Shown here: one piece after another, positions 1 to 12,300 of the stretch
Layout of the letters: every line of letters starts with the position of its first letter
Numbering within the stretch: the stretch's first letter is position 1
NCBI GenBank assembly: GCA_964391585.1
Contig: CAYMMQ010000001.1
Span: forward strand, 1 to 45,780
Reading direction: 5' to 3'
DNA: 45,780 nt
From: an uncultured Ectothiorhodospiraceae bacterium
GTDB lineage: Bacteria > Pseudomonadota > Gammaproteobacteria > GRL18
Made by a program: the position numbers and the translations under genes
Notes under the pieces: generated by a model
Seen by the model: only the letters and a program-made list of their open reading frames with translations
What the model was told of the DNA's origin: nothing
Database searches by the model: none

Positions 1-264
1 TAACGGAACATTCCTCAATTATGACTTAGAAAAAATGAAAGTCTATTTTTCTAAGCAATATTCAAAATCTAAATTCAGTGTTGCAAGTTTCATGAAAACT
101 TGAATTTAATTTATCAGTACTTTTTAATTAAAATATAATTTTTTTCTAGTTCCTTGTTTCTTTTTTTGCTGCTTACCTTTTAGCGCTCCATAATGAAACA
201 ACAAAATGCAACGATTCCTAGCCAGACGGGTATCGAGTACTAAGCTGACTTAGTAGATAATATA

Positions 265-495
265 TTATATTTTAAAACCAATAACAGTAACATCATCATT
301 TCTTTCATACTCCTGTTGATATTTTTGTAACTCATATAGAAGTAACTCCTGTTGATCAGGGAACGATTCATTAGCATTTCCTTGTATTAATTGGGTAAAA
401 CGTTTTTTACCCATAGGAAAGCCATTTTTACCCCCATTTTGATCCAAATAGCCGTCTGTAGTCAAATACAATAAGAAGTATGGAATATTGCACAA
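265..495 (-). pseudogene. C-terminal remnant (about 75 aa) of a PP2C/SpoIIE-family serine phosphatase; the N-terminal part is missing
   Basis: The translation ...LYLTTDGYLDQNGGKNGFPMGKKRF...ERNDDVTVIGFKI matches the C-terminal TDG..(E/D)..n..g..fG..R and DD.T.i motifs of SpoIIE/PP2C domains. The only start is TTG, and an in-frame stop lies at 517-519. Hand translation of the minus strand over 517-700 gives only stop-riddled sequence. Confidence 0.45.
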
Positions 496-940
496 AAGCA
501 GTTGAGAGTTTATGTTTCAGAAAATTAAATATATTTACGTTCACAACATTCTTAGCCTCTATAAATATCATATGTCAGTTCTTAAAGAGTTAAAATGCTC
601 AAATAGATGTTTTCAAGTATTTATCATATAAAAAAAGTTAGAGTTAAATGTTAGCACAATCATAAAAAAACTTATATTACTGCAACAAATCAAAAATCCG
701 AGATATGATTAGACTTGTTTTTTAAAAATAAATTAATCAAACACCTTTGGCGAGCCGGAGGCTGAAATAGTTACCCGCTTATACGTTGAAATCCATAATT
801 AAATATTACATCTAACAACATAAATTTTCTAAAAGAATTCGTTAAATACTCATAATGAAGAAACTATGAAATATTCCTTTTAGCACGCTCTCATAAGAGG
901 GGGAGAGGAGAGAATCTGCAAATTTTCTTATATATGGAGG

Positions 941-2587
941 CTAAGCATTATTTGTATTTTGAAACACACCTTGGCTCATACTACAGACTCTGTCAGCAAC
1001 ATGGAAATAATGATCATCATGGGTTACCGCTAATACCGTTTTACCCTGTGCTTTTAGTTCAGGAAGAATCTTCATATAAAAATATTTTCTAAATTGCGGA
1101 TCCTGATCGGCAGCCCATTCATCTAATAAATAAATGGGTTTATCTTCCATCAGCGCCATTACCAAAGCCAGCCTTTTACGCTGACCAGTAGATAAATTGA
1201 TATTACTAAAATGATCATTTTCATATTTCACTTTATTACTCAGATCCATCATCTCAAGCAAAACTTCAAGACGTTCAAAGTCAATATTATCCACACCATA
1301 AATACGGTCAAATAGATGAAAGTCGGTAAGAATGATGGCAAACATATTTTGGAAATTTTTGATATTATGCTGGTCAACTGGAGTATTATCAACCATTGTA
1401 GTACCAGAGTCAGCTTTATACAAATGGGTGAAAATTTTTACAAACGTTGATTTCCCGCTACCATTTCCACCACGAATAAATAGCATTTCACCTCGTTTGA
1501 GCTCAAAAGAGATGGGGCCAATTCCAAATAACGGCTCACCTAATTCGCCTTTATAATGAAAATTAATATCATTAAGTTGTATCTTATCAAAGGTTTTAAA
1601 ATCAAACTTAGTATGGTAAGGGCTATAATCTGCCATATTATCAATTTCCTGCTCCAATTGTTCCAGAAAAAAAGCTGAACGATTAGCTCTAGAATAAGTT
1701 GGCACTGCACCGGTTATCATGTCAATCGGGCTCATCATAAAAATTAATATTGCAACGATTTTAGTGACTACTTCGCTATGTTGATCTGAAAATTGGGGAA
1801 CGATAAAAACAATACAACCCAGTAAGAAATAAGCAAAAAATTGAATCAAAATAGAACTATTAGCAAATACCTCATTAGTCAAATTTCTAATTTTTTCATT
1901 CTCTCTAGCTGTAATTGAGTGGTATTTAATGACAGCATCACTTTTTTTTCCATTTATTTTTAATTCTTTAAAACCTTCAATAATATTAGTAAGAGACTTA
2001 AAAAAAGTATCATCATGCTTGATGGATTTGTCGATTTGCTCCACGACCGTATCATTATAGTAACTATAAACGAAAATACCGCCAACCACACACGCTAGGG
2101 TTAAAACAAAGGCAATCTTTGAAAGGTAGAGAATATATAACATGCCGAAAAAAAACATCAATACACCTTGCACTGCCGCAATCATAATATAAGATGCATT
2201 TGAAACAGTCAGTGTATCTCCAGAGAGACGGGCCTGGATCTGTGACAACCCTAATTTTTCCATGCTTTCTAAGTTTGCAAAACGGACTTTATCTGAAATT
2301 CTGATCCGTAAATTTTTAACAATACTCTCTACTATTGACATTGATTTAACAAAAGAGATCCGTTTAGAAAAAAAATACAAGAGGAATACCACCACAAACA
2401 AGAAAAAGTAAAATACACTTACCTTGGTCTCCTTATCTGCAGCATGTTCGGCCGCTATATTAATAATAAAAATCAAGCAAATACTAGACAGCGAGGAAAC
2501 GACTGTCAGAATGATTGCCATTCTAACCGATTGTTTATTATCATTAAAAATCATCCGCAGTAGCGGCTTGTCACTTAAATCAATCAA
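941..2587 (-). CDS. Cyclic-peptide-type ABC exporter, fused permease/ATPase (SyrD/PvdE/YojI-like)
   Basis: 548 aa. The N-terminal half is hydrophobic with about 6 TM segments. Walker A is GGNGSGKST, the ABC signature is LSTGQRKRLAL, and Walker B is IYLLDEWAADQDP, the DEWAADQD form typical of the cyclic-peptide transporter family. The track start is TTG; ATG at 2554 is an alternative. Confidence 0.85.
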   Translation of the reverse strand: MIDLSDKPLLRMIFNDNKQSVRMAIILTVVSSLSSICLIFIINIAAEHAADKETKVSVFYFFLFVVVFLLYFFSKRISFVKSMSIVESIVKNLRIRISDKVRFANLESMEKLGLSQIQARLSGDTLTVSNASYIMIAAVQGVLMFFFGMLYILYLSKIAFVLTLACVVGGIFVYSYYNDTVVEQIDKSIKHDDTFFKSLTNIIEGFKELKINGKKSDAVIKYHSITARENEKIRNLTNEVFANSSILIQFFAYFLLGCIVFIVPQFSDQHSEVVTKIVAILIFMMSPIDMITGAVPTYSRANRSAFFLEQLEQEIDNMADYSPYHTKFDFKTFDKIQLNDINFHYKGELGEPLFGIGPISFELKRGEMLFIRGGNGSGKSTFVKIFTHLYKADSGTTMVDNTPVDQHNIKNFQNMFAIILTDFHLFDRIYGVDNIDFERLEVLLEMMDLSNKVKYENDHFSNINLSTGQRKRLALVMALMEDKPIYLLDEWAADQDPQFRKYFYMKILPELKAQGKTVLAVTHDDHYFHVADRVCSMSQGVFQNTNNA

Positions 2588-2610
2588 TTTTATGGTTTTT
2601 TCTAGGTTAT

Positions 2611-2650
2611 AAATAAATAAAAACCTACCACTTTTACAAGCAGTAGGTTT
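2611..2650 (-). terminator. Candidate Rho-independent terminator/attenuator between the DUF697-like gene and the ABC exporter
   Basis: On the minus strand: AAACCTAC(tg)cttgtaaaag(tg)GTAGGTTT followed by TTATTTATTT. That is an 8-bp perfect stem (10 bp with two G.U pairs), a 10-14 nt loop and a U-rich tail, 23 nt after the stop at 2673. Confidence 0.4.
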
Positions 2651-2672
2651 AGTTTAAAGCTTAGAAATTTTA

Positions 2673-3176
2673 CTAACTTGCTTTCTTAATATTTTCAGCT
2701 TTAGTCTTAGCATCATTGATATTATTTTTTAAATCTTCTTTAGCACTATCAATATCTAAGTTGTCTAGGTTACCGCAATTTTCAAAATGTTTAACAAAAA
2801 TTCTACCAATTGCATAAGTTGAACCACCCGTTAAAGTTGCCATCGTGACACCTCCTGCTGCCTGCCCCATAAATGGAACAAATTTAACAGCACTGGCAAA
2901 TAAACCAACACTAGCGACAGGCATAATCGAGCCTAATAAAGAGTATAATATACTTCTAGTTCGTTTTTCTGAAAAAGGAATATTATATATTTTAGCAAGT
3001 GAACGTACCATTTTTATCTGAAGCCAAATTAAACCCACAATATCAAAAACTGGTATTGGTATAAGACCAGTTCCCATACTATAAAGAACATGGTTTTTTA
3101 TCACCATATCAGCCTGTGCTTCAGTATCATATATGACTGAACTATCTGAAACTTCTTCTGCTGTTGCTGCTGTCAT
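2673..3176 (-). CDS. Small membrane-associated protein, DUF697 (YcjF-like) family
   Basis: 167 aa. The stretch GLIPIPVFDIVGLIWLQIKMVRSLAKIYNIPF fits the P.P..D......Q..M...la..Y signature I associate with DUF697. It has Gly/Ala-rich hydrophobic segments and a strong SD (AGGAGAG) 6 nt upstream of the ATG. Confidence 0.6.
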   Translation of the reverse strand: MTAATAEEVSDSSVIYDTEAQADMVIKNHVLYSMGTGLIPIPVFDIVGLIWLQIKMVRSLAKIYNIPFSEKRTRSILYSLLGSIMPVASVGLFASAVKFVPFMGQAAGGVTMATLTGGSTYAIGRIFVKHFENCGNLDNLDIDSAKEDLKNNINDAKTKAENIKKAS

Positions 3177-3351
3177 TTTACTCTCCTAATTATGAATGCC
3201 TAAAACATTATATTATGTAAATATTAAAATTACTAGTTAAAACAAATATTTGCTCCCTCCCCCCTCATCTATACTTTTTTTGACCCACTCATTATTTCTG
3301 CTCAAATTGAGACTTTTATTCATCTTAGCAGAAATAAATCACTTAGTTTGA

Positions 3352-6300
3352 TTATCTATACTCTACATCTTTGATTAAATATCTAAATATTTCAGGCGCA
3401 GTTATAATATCAGTATGACAATAAGCAAGCGGTTTCACGCTTACATTACAAGCAACAGTATTGATATTATTATCTGCTAAAGAGCTAATGTATTGATTAA
3501 ATTGCTCGGTATTTTCTACCACTATTGTTTCATCATACTGAGTTGCTTTGAACAATGTCACTCGTGTGTATTCTAATTTTTTTGACAATGCTTGAACATT
3601 GTTAAGCTTCTGCTCTGGTGTTAAAGAGGATAATACTTTTTCAATATAGTCATGCATATATCCTTGTTGATTTAAGTGTTCACGAGTATATTTAACTATC
3701 AAATCATGTGGAATTATACCTCGAATTTTTTCCAACTTAGGATCAGAGATCATGCTATCCAACAAGTATACACGAATATTTTGATAACCTTTAGATTCTA
3801 ACTGAGCAGCCATTTCCATTGCAATAAGACCACCTAATGACCAACCTAATAAAATAACCGGTCTAGCTTTTTGTTCATTTATAGGCACCTTGATCTGATT
3901 TAAGTAAAGTGTAGCCAGTTGTTTAAGATTGTCAATTTTATCTTCTCCATGAATATTATAATTATCAATACCAGTACAATGATAATATTGAGCCAATTGA
4001 GCTGCGAGTCCCTGATAAACTTCACAACCACCACTGCCGGGATGAATCATATACAAATTATTGCATTCATCATTTAAGCAACTAGCTGTTTGATTAAAAT
4101 GGTATAACAAGTTATCACTCTTTCGTTCTTGGTGATTTCTTAAATATTGCGTCAATTTCTCCACACTAGCATAAACAAACAAATCAGCAACTTTAATTTC
4201 TTTCGATAGGGCTAGTGAGATTTGGTAAGCCATTTGTATAGCTCGAATTGAATTACTGCCAATAGCAAAAAAATCATCTTCAATACCCACCTGCTGTAAG
4301 CCAAGAACTTCAGCCACAATTCGACATACTTGCTTTTCTAGTTCATCTCGAGGTGCTGTGTAGGCAACAATGGGGATCAACTGCGGCTGTGGTAAGGAAC
4401 GATGTTCAAGTTTCCCATTAGCATTCAAAGGCCAGCTATCAACCGCTATAAAGATAGCTGGGATCATATATTCTGGCAATTTCTTTAGCATGTACTGCTT
4501 TAATTCAGCCTTGCTAACCTCTTCTTTTGACTGATAATATGCGACTAATTGTTGCTCCCCGTGTTCTTCATGAGTAATAACTACCGATTGCTCCACTGTG
4601 GGAAATTGACTCATAACATGTTCAATTTCTCCCAACTCTATACGTAAACCTCGGATTTTTACTTGGAAATCATTGCGTCCAAGATATTCAATATTGCCAT
4701 CTTCCAGCATGCGAACCAAATCACCGCTTTTATACATTTTATCATAAGCATGATATTGGTCAGTAGCACTCATAAATGGATTATCTAAAAAGCGCTCATG
4801 AGTAAGTTGTGGGTGATTTAAATAGGCTCTAGCTACCCCTGCACCTGAAATATATAGTTCACCGATGATCCCCTGAGGTAGTGGATTAAGTGCGGCATCA
4901 AGGATATAGTATTTTTCATTCATCAATGGTTTGCCGATAATATTTGGCTGTTGTGCATAGGTGCAATCATATAAACTACTCCAAATAACCGTCTCGGTTG
5001 GACCAAAGACGTTTAACACCTGTTTAAAACATTTTTGCAGACGATTTAAGGTGTTCTGGCTCAAGGCTTCACCACCACTAAGACAAATCACATCAGCCAC
5101 TTCTGCTTGAGTAGATTTATTGGATTCATTAAATTGATGAGGCTCAATTTTATCCAACAACAATTGCAAAACAGAGGGGGTTTGCTGCAATACGCTAATA
5201 GCCTCCGTTTGAAGTAGTGTATGATTAAACTGCTCAATGTCACACAGTACCACTTTACCGCCATGTGCTAGCGGCAAGGCATATTCTAATCCAAAAATAT
5301 CAAAGGTGTATTGGGTCAGAGATAAAAAATTAATGTTTGGTGAAACCAATGGAAAATTAACAATAAAATTAGCAAAAGCATGGTGTTCTATCATCACACC
5401 TTTAGGTTGACCAGTAGTTCCTGAAGTGTATATCACATAAGCCAAATCCTGGCCGTGTGGAACTGATAGACCAACTGTTGGTTCCTGTTGCCAAGAAACA
5501 TCATCCAGTGAGATATTACATAATAATAAATCATTTTTTTGAACTATATCAGTCAATTCAGCCTGATAACTTGATTGCGTTAAAATCAGTCTCGTTTGGG
5601 TATCTTTAAGGATAAAACCCTTGCGCTCTTGAGGAAAACTGGGACTCATTGGCACATATGCTGCGCCAGCTTTTAACACGGCCAAAATCGCTATGAGCAT
5701 TGACACCCCACGATCTAGGCATAATACAACCAAACTATCAGATGATAATTCCTGAGCAAATTGTTTTTGATAGCTTCGACGAAGGTAACAGGCTAATTGG
5801 CTTGCTTGTTTATCAAGTTCTCGGTAAGTCAATTGTTGTCGATTTAAATACTGATGATAATATACAACCGCAGTAGCATCGGCATTACTCTGAGCCTGAT
5901 GATTAAACAGAGAGAGGAAAGTTAGCGCCGAATCAGTTTCCTTGTCGGTTCGATTATAATCATAGACCAACGATTGGAACTGCTCTTTAGTAATCAGGCT
6001 AATTTGATGATGTTTTTGCAGTAATTTCTGAGGAATTTGTTGAATAATTAACTCTAATTGTTGTAAAAGTCTTTCAATATATTTTGGCTTTGACAGGCTT
6101 TGATCATAATGTAGAATTAAATGTAATTGTCCTTGATACTCCTGTGCCACTAATGCCAGCGGATAATCCATTTTTTCAGTAGCTTGACGTAAAACTGGCT
6201 GTAATAGTGCATCGATTGCTACCTCAGGCATAGGATAATTTTCATAGATTAATAATGAATGAAATGCTCGTTTCCCTTGAGACTGTAATGATGCGAGGGG

Positions 6301-9300
6301 TACAAAGGCATATTGATTAAGGCCAGCTATCGATTGACTAATAGCTTGTAATTGCGCCAAAACAGTATTGCTGTCTGCCCAGTTAATAATCAAGGGTAAA
6401 GTATTAATATATAAACCAACACTTTGTTCTATCCCATCAACTGGAATAGCTCTACCTGAAACCGTGGTCCCGACAATGGTTTGTTCATCTCGGGTATATG
6501 ACTGAATTAATTTATGCCAAGCAAACTGCACCACGGTATTGGGGCCCAAACCATATTGCTGATTCAATGTTTGCAACGGCTCGATATCCAGACTAATGCT
6601 AGAGCTATCTTGCTGGCTCAAACTACGGATCGAATTTAAATCACTACTAGACTGCAGCATCAGACTTAAATCATTCGCAGCACCAATCTCTTTAATCTGT
6701 TGCTGCCAATATTGCTCTGCCGTTGCTAAATGTTCAACATAATACTGCTGAGCAAGAGAATAAGCTTGATCTTCAACTACCTGTATTTTTCTGCCATTAA
6801 ACAGCTCAGCATAATAACGATGGACTTTATCGAGTAATAAAGGAAAGCTCCAACCATCTGCAATGCTATGATGCTCGCTTTTTAATAAAGTGTAGTGTTG
6901 TGCATGCTGCTTAATCAAATGCAGTCGAAGCAAGGACGGCCGACTAAGATCAAAAGCAATTTCCCGATCTTGCTGCTGTATTTTAGTAATTGCCGCCTCA
7001 CGCTCAACATCGTGCGTTAAACAGCTTAAATCATGTACGGTAAATTGTAGCGAGACAGTTTTATGAATCAATTGCAGCGGCACTTCCATCCAGTTAAAGC
7101 TGCTGCGTAATATGGGATAAGTGGCAATAGCCAACTGCCAAGCCTGCTGAAAATATTCTGTATTTAAGGCTTGTGGATAATCAATTAAGATTTGCACTCG
7201 GTAGGCATCATCCTGTTGCTGAGTCAGAGTATGATAAATAAATCCTTGTTGCAAGGAATTTGCAGGATAAATCGCCTCAATTTGTTCGTTATATAATTGA
7301 TCAAATAAAACCAGTGAAATGGGTATGTTAAAATCAGCCGGTGAATGAATAATAACTTCTTTCGCCACTTGTTGTATGCAATGTTGGACAATTTCTGTTA
7401 AGGCAGATTTAAAGGTTTGAGCAAAATGCTCTAATTTTTCGATCGCCAGCTTCCCTTTTAGACTAAATTGTAATTGGCCATCGATTATCGCCCCATTAAA
7501 ACTCAGTAAATTAGTATTCAGATTGTTCGAGTTAACCGGCAACCCCGAAGAAATATTGGCAATTTGCCAATCTGCTGTATCAGTTTGACGATTATTAAGT
7601 ACACCTAGATAATTAAATGCAATCGCAGGTAAATCAACATTTCTCAAAATATTATTTTCAGCATGATGCTCTGTAGAATTATTGGCATAATATTTCAGTG
7701 CAGAGAAACCAATTCCCTTATCTGGAATAATTCGTAGCATTTCCTTAGTTTGACGGATTGCCGTAGCCTGATCGGGGTGGTATTGCAAGCGAACTGGGAA
7801 TGCAAGAGTAAACCAGCCCAAAGTGCGTGTTAAATCAACATCGGCGATGCTAATTTCTCGTCCATGTCCTTCAAGGCAAATTACATTTTCCTTTACTCCA
7901 CTAAGTTCAGCCAAAGATGAGGCTAGCGCAGTCAGCAATAAATCATTAATTTCAGTATAATAGGCTTGGTTCGCCTGTTGTTGTAATTGTTCAGTTATAT
8001 CTGTAGGGAAAATCAACTGCAACTCTGATCTACTATTAGCATCAAATTTTGATGCAATATCCACCGTAAAAGCCAATTTATCTTTCCAATAAGCCATCTG
8101 CGCTAAGTGTTGATTAGCGTAAGTTTTGACACTTTCTACCCAGTATCGATAGCTAGTGGTTTTCGGCATAAGATTTTCACCAGCATATAAGGTTTGTAAA
8201 TCATCACAAATAATACGCCAAGAAACTGCATCAACAATTAAATGATGCGCACTGAAAAAAAGGTACTGCGCTGTAGAACCGTTATCTTTACCCCAATTAT
8301 AAATATAAGCCATCTTGAACAAACAAGCTTGTTTGTTCAAGATGTCAAAGTCGCTCTGCCATTCTGTTAGAGTATTTTCCAATTCTTGCTCAGATATTCC
8401 CTGTGCATCTAAAACCCGTAGTGATGGTAAATCCAATTGTTGCCGATAAGTTTGTTGATAAAGTACCTGGTTAGCACTATTCATAGTTTTGCTAAAACAT
8501 AATCGCAAGGCATCATGTTGTTCTACGAGTCTAGGCAATATAGCCTCAAGGCGAGCGCTATCCAGTTTAGGCACTGCGATCATAAAGCTTTGATTCCAGT
8601 GTTGGTATACAGGGAAAATATTGGCTTGAACTTGCTCAAAAAACCAGTGTTGAATCGGTAATAAATCAAACTCACCCTGTAAAGTACCTTGTTCAGCACT
8701 AATTTCTCGATGTAATGTTATGCACTGCTCTGCCCAAGCAAGATCATCCAGCATTTTTTTAACGGTACGAGATTTAAAAATATCCTGCACCGAGATATTG
8801 AAACCGGCTTTACGCAAACGAGAGCTCAATTGAATACTTAAGATTGAATCACCTCCGATTTTATAAAAATCATCTTCAATTCCCACCCGATCATTGTTCA
8901 ATAATTGCTGTAAGATCTGGCATACTTGAGTTTGCGATTCATTAACCGCAGCTACAAAGTTAGCTTCCACTAAAAAAGTGGGCTCTGGCAAGGCCCTACG
9001 ATCAACTTTACCATTGGCGTTAAAAGGGAATTCAGCCAGTTGCATAAAAACTGCGGGGATCATATAGTCGGGTAAAACTTGTTGTAATTTATCAGTTAAA
9101 AAATGCTGTTCTAAACTTTGACTGGCTACATAATAAGCAATCAATTGCTTATTACCCTGATACTCTCTGGCGAGAACGAGAGTGTGAGTAATTTGAGAGA
9201 TTTTATTTAAGGCATGTTCTATTTCTGCCGGCTCAATTCGATAACCACGAATTTTTACTTGAAAGTCATTCCTTCCTAGGTACTCTAAATTTCCATTATC

Positions 9301-12300
9301 AAGCAGACGAACTCGATCTCCCGTTTTATATAAGCGCGAATAACCCCGATTTTTATCCGTTTCGCTCATAAAAGGATTATTTATAAATCGCTCCCGAGTA
9401 AGGGTTTCTCTATGTAAATATCCACGAGTTATGCCTGCACCTGCAAGATATAATTCCCCTCCCATGCCCTGTGGTACGGGATTGAGTGCTGCATCCAGAA
9501 TATATACCCGAGTATTTTCCAGCGGCCGGCCAATTGACAAGTCTGATTCATTAACAGCGGCGATCGTTGAGGTAATCGCAGCTTCAGTTACACCATATTC
9601 TGCAAATAATTGATACTGAGATAAACGCTTAATCGTCTGCTGTGATGGCGTATCCCCACCATAAATAATAGTTTTAAGCTGAGTAAGTCGGTGAAACTCC
9701 AGACTATCCATTAGTGCTGCGGGAAGAATTAAATGGCTTGCCTGTGTCAACAATTCGTGATGAAAATCGATTGATTGACTTATCAATAAGCGCGCACCAC
9801 TTAATAAAGGCAGAAAAATACTGGCCACCGAGGCATCAAAAGCATAAGAAACCCCAAGATATATGGCACTATCAGGATTTAATTGATAACGCCTAACTTG
9901 TTGGCTCAGGGTATTCACCACATTTTGATGTTCTACCATGACTCCCTTAGGCTGTCCGGTTGTTCCTGAGGTATAAATCACATAGGCCAGACTAGCATTG
10001 TCGATCTCTTTTATCGGCAGACTCAGCTTATTTGAGCAATCCAAGCTATCTATAGCTAAGGTAAGTGGTGTGAGTTGATTTTCACGCAATACTTTATGTA
10101 AAAGTGATTGTTGCCCTATTCTAGTTAAAATTAATGCTGTCTTGGTATCCGACAAAATATAAGCGATTCTTGTCGCTGGAGAGTTTGGTTCGATAGGCAC
10201 ATAGGCGGCACCGGCTTTTAATACGGCTAAAATAGCAATAATCATCTCGGCACTACGATCCATAAATAGGGAAATTAAGGTATCGCATTTAAGTTCGCTT
10301 CCGGTTTTATGCAAATAGCTTTGACGTAAATAAGCGGCTAATTCAGTCGAACGCTGATCTAATTGTGCATAACTTAATTGTTCTCTTTCTGTAATGATGG
10401 CAATCTGATGTGGCGTATTGGCTGCCTGAAGACTAAATAAAGCATCTAAGCTAGTTTCAACCAGCGCGGTATCGGTTTGATTATAATCATAAAGTAAAGC
10501 CTGTTTTTCACTCTCATCAAGTAACTCCAACTGTTGATGAGGATATTGTAGCTTGTATGGAATTTGTTCTAAAATCCGTTGTAATTGATTCGTTAAACGC
10601 TGTATTCCTGTATGGCTAAATATTTCCCCAGCATAGCTGATACTGAGGTGTAATTTATCTGTTTGTTCAGAAACCAATAAGGATATAGGATAGTCGACTT
10701 TTTCTATCGACTCTCGAAAAACGCCCTTAATAGGCGCATCCTTTTCTGCCTCAACTTGAGGATAATTTTCAAAAACCAAAATAGAATGAAAAGCCCGTTG
10801 CCCTCCGGTTTGTAAGCTAGCCAATGGCAAAAAAGCATAATGATTTAATTCTGATATCCCTTGCTGAATCTGTTGTAATTGCTCCAGGGTGGTTGCATCC
10901 TGCCAGTTGATGATTAAAGGCAATGTATTAATATACAGACCGACACTTTGTTCAATACCATCAATAGGAATCGCTCTGCCTGACACCGTCGTACCCACAA
11001 TGGTTTGCTCATCTTGAGTATACAGTGCAATCAGTTTATGCCAGCCAAACTGAACCAGAGTATTCAAGCTCAAACCATTCTCACGCCCCATTTTTCTTAA
11101 AACCTGACAATTAAATGCCAGTTGAAAGGTCTCGGGCTGGTTAATATGACGAATATTATTTAAGTCAACTCTTTCATCAGTAAACAGATGGGTTAAATCA
11201 TTGGCATCTAAGCTCTCTCTAACATGTTCAGACCAATAGTCATCGACCAAATATTTATATTGAGCATAATACTGCTGGGCTTTCTGATAGGCTTTATCTT
11301 CAATAATCTCAAGCCTATTACCCTGTGAATGACTGAGGGTGGCATAAAACTCATGTACCTGCTGCAACAAGATAGGGACACTCCATCCGTCAGCAATACT
11401 ATGGTGCTGACTCAGCAATAATGTGTATAACTTTTCCTGTTTAATTAAATGTATTCTGAATAGGCCAGGCTGTTCCAGATTAAATGCTAGTTGCCGATCA
11501 TCCTGCTGAATCTTAGTTATTTTTTCCGCATTATTAGCAGTCTCATTACCAGTGGTCAGATCATGTAATATAAAATTAAGGGTAGCTTGCTTGTAAATCA
11601 ATTGCAGTGGTTGCTCTTCCCAATTAAAACCGGTGCGCAAAATAGGATAAGTGGCAATTGCCATTTCCCAAGCCTGACGGTAACAATTAATATCGATATC
11701 CTGTAGATAATCCATCAATATCTGTACCCGATAGGCATCATCACTTTTCTGACTCAATGCATGATAAATAAAACCCTGCTGTAAAGAATTAGCGGGATAG
11801 ATTGCCGCAACCTGATCATCAAAAATCCGTTCAAATAAATCTAGAGAAATATTCACATTAAAATCTGCAGGGGTAAAACTTATCAGTCCTTGTTCCAACT
11901 GCTTATTACAGTGTTGAACAATTTGCTCCAAGGCTGTCTTAAAACCATGAGTCAGTTTGTCCATTGTGCTATTATTTAATCGACCATCGAAGGTAAATTG
12001 CAATACACCGTCAATAATCATTGCATTGATGGTGAGCAAATTAATTTCTTGATTTTTTCGGCTCATAGAGAGTCCAGATGTAACATTGCTTAACTGCCAA
12101 ACATTAGCATCCGTTTCCTGCGAATTATTTAATATACCGAGATAATTGAAGGTAATTTTGGGCAGAGAAAATTCTATTTTTCTCGTTTCTCCCCCGCTAT
12201 CAAGATTTTCCTCAGCAGCATATGACAGGGCACCGAATCCCAGTCCTTTATCCGGAATTGCTCGTAGCATTTCTTTGGTTTGCTTAATAAGCAATGAGAG

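Noticed and set aside
84-102. 7-bp hairpin caagttt-catga-aaacttg, considered as a terminator
   Set aside because: The stem is weak and AT-rich, it has no clear U-tract, and no upstream gene end is visible in the window.
193-246. 17-codon mini-ORF (MKQQNATIPSQTGIEY)
   Set aside because: It is too short, has no SD and shows no recognisable similarity.
741-800. Locally GC-richer patch (ggcgagccggaggctgaaatagttacccgc...cgttgaaatcc), considered as a tRNA fragment, att site or sRNA
   Set aside because: I could not fold an anticodon arm or acceptor stem. The resemblance of gttgaaatcc to a T-loop (GTTCGAATCC) is partial, and no matching direct repeat was found at the other island end.
1332-2612. 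Plus-strand ORFs 1332-1556 and 2424-2612
   Set aside because: They are antisense to the well-supported ABC exporter gene, and their translations are low-complexity with no motifs.
3292-3337. 11-bp inverted repeat (ttatttctgct ... agcagaaataa) just after the NRPS-2 stop, considered as a terminator
   Set aside because: The loop is 24 nt, the stem is AT-rich, and on the coding (minus) strand it is followed by an A-run rather than a U-tract. It does not convince as an intrinsic terminator, though a protein-binding site cannot be excluded.
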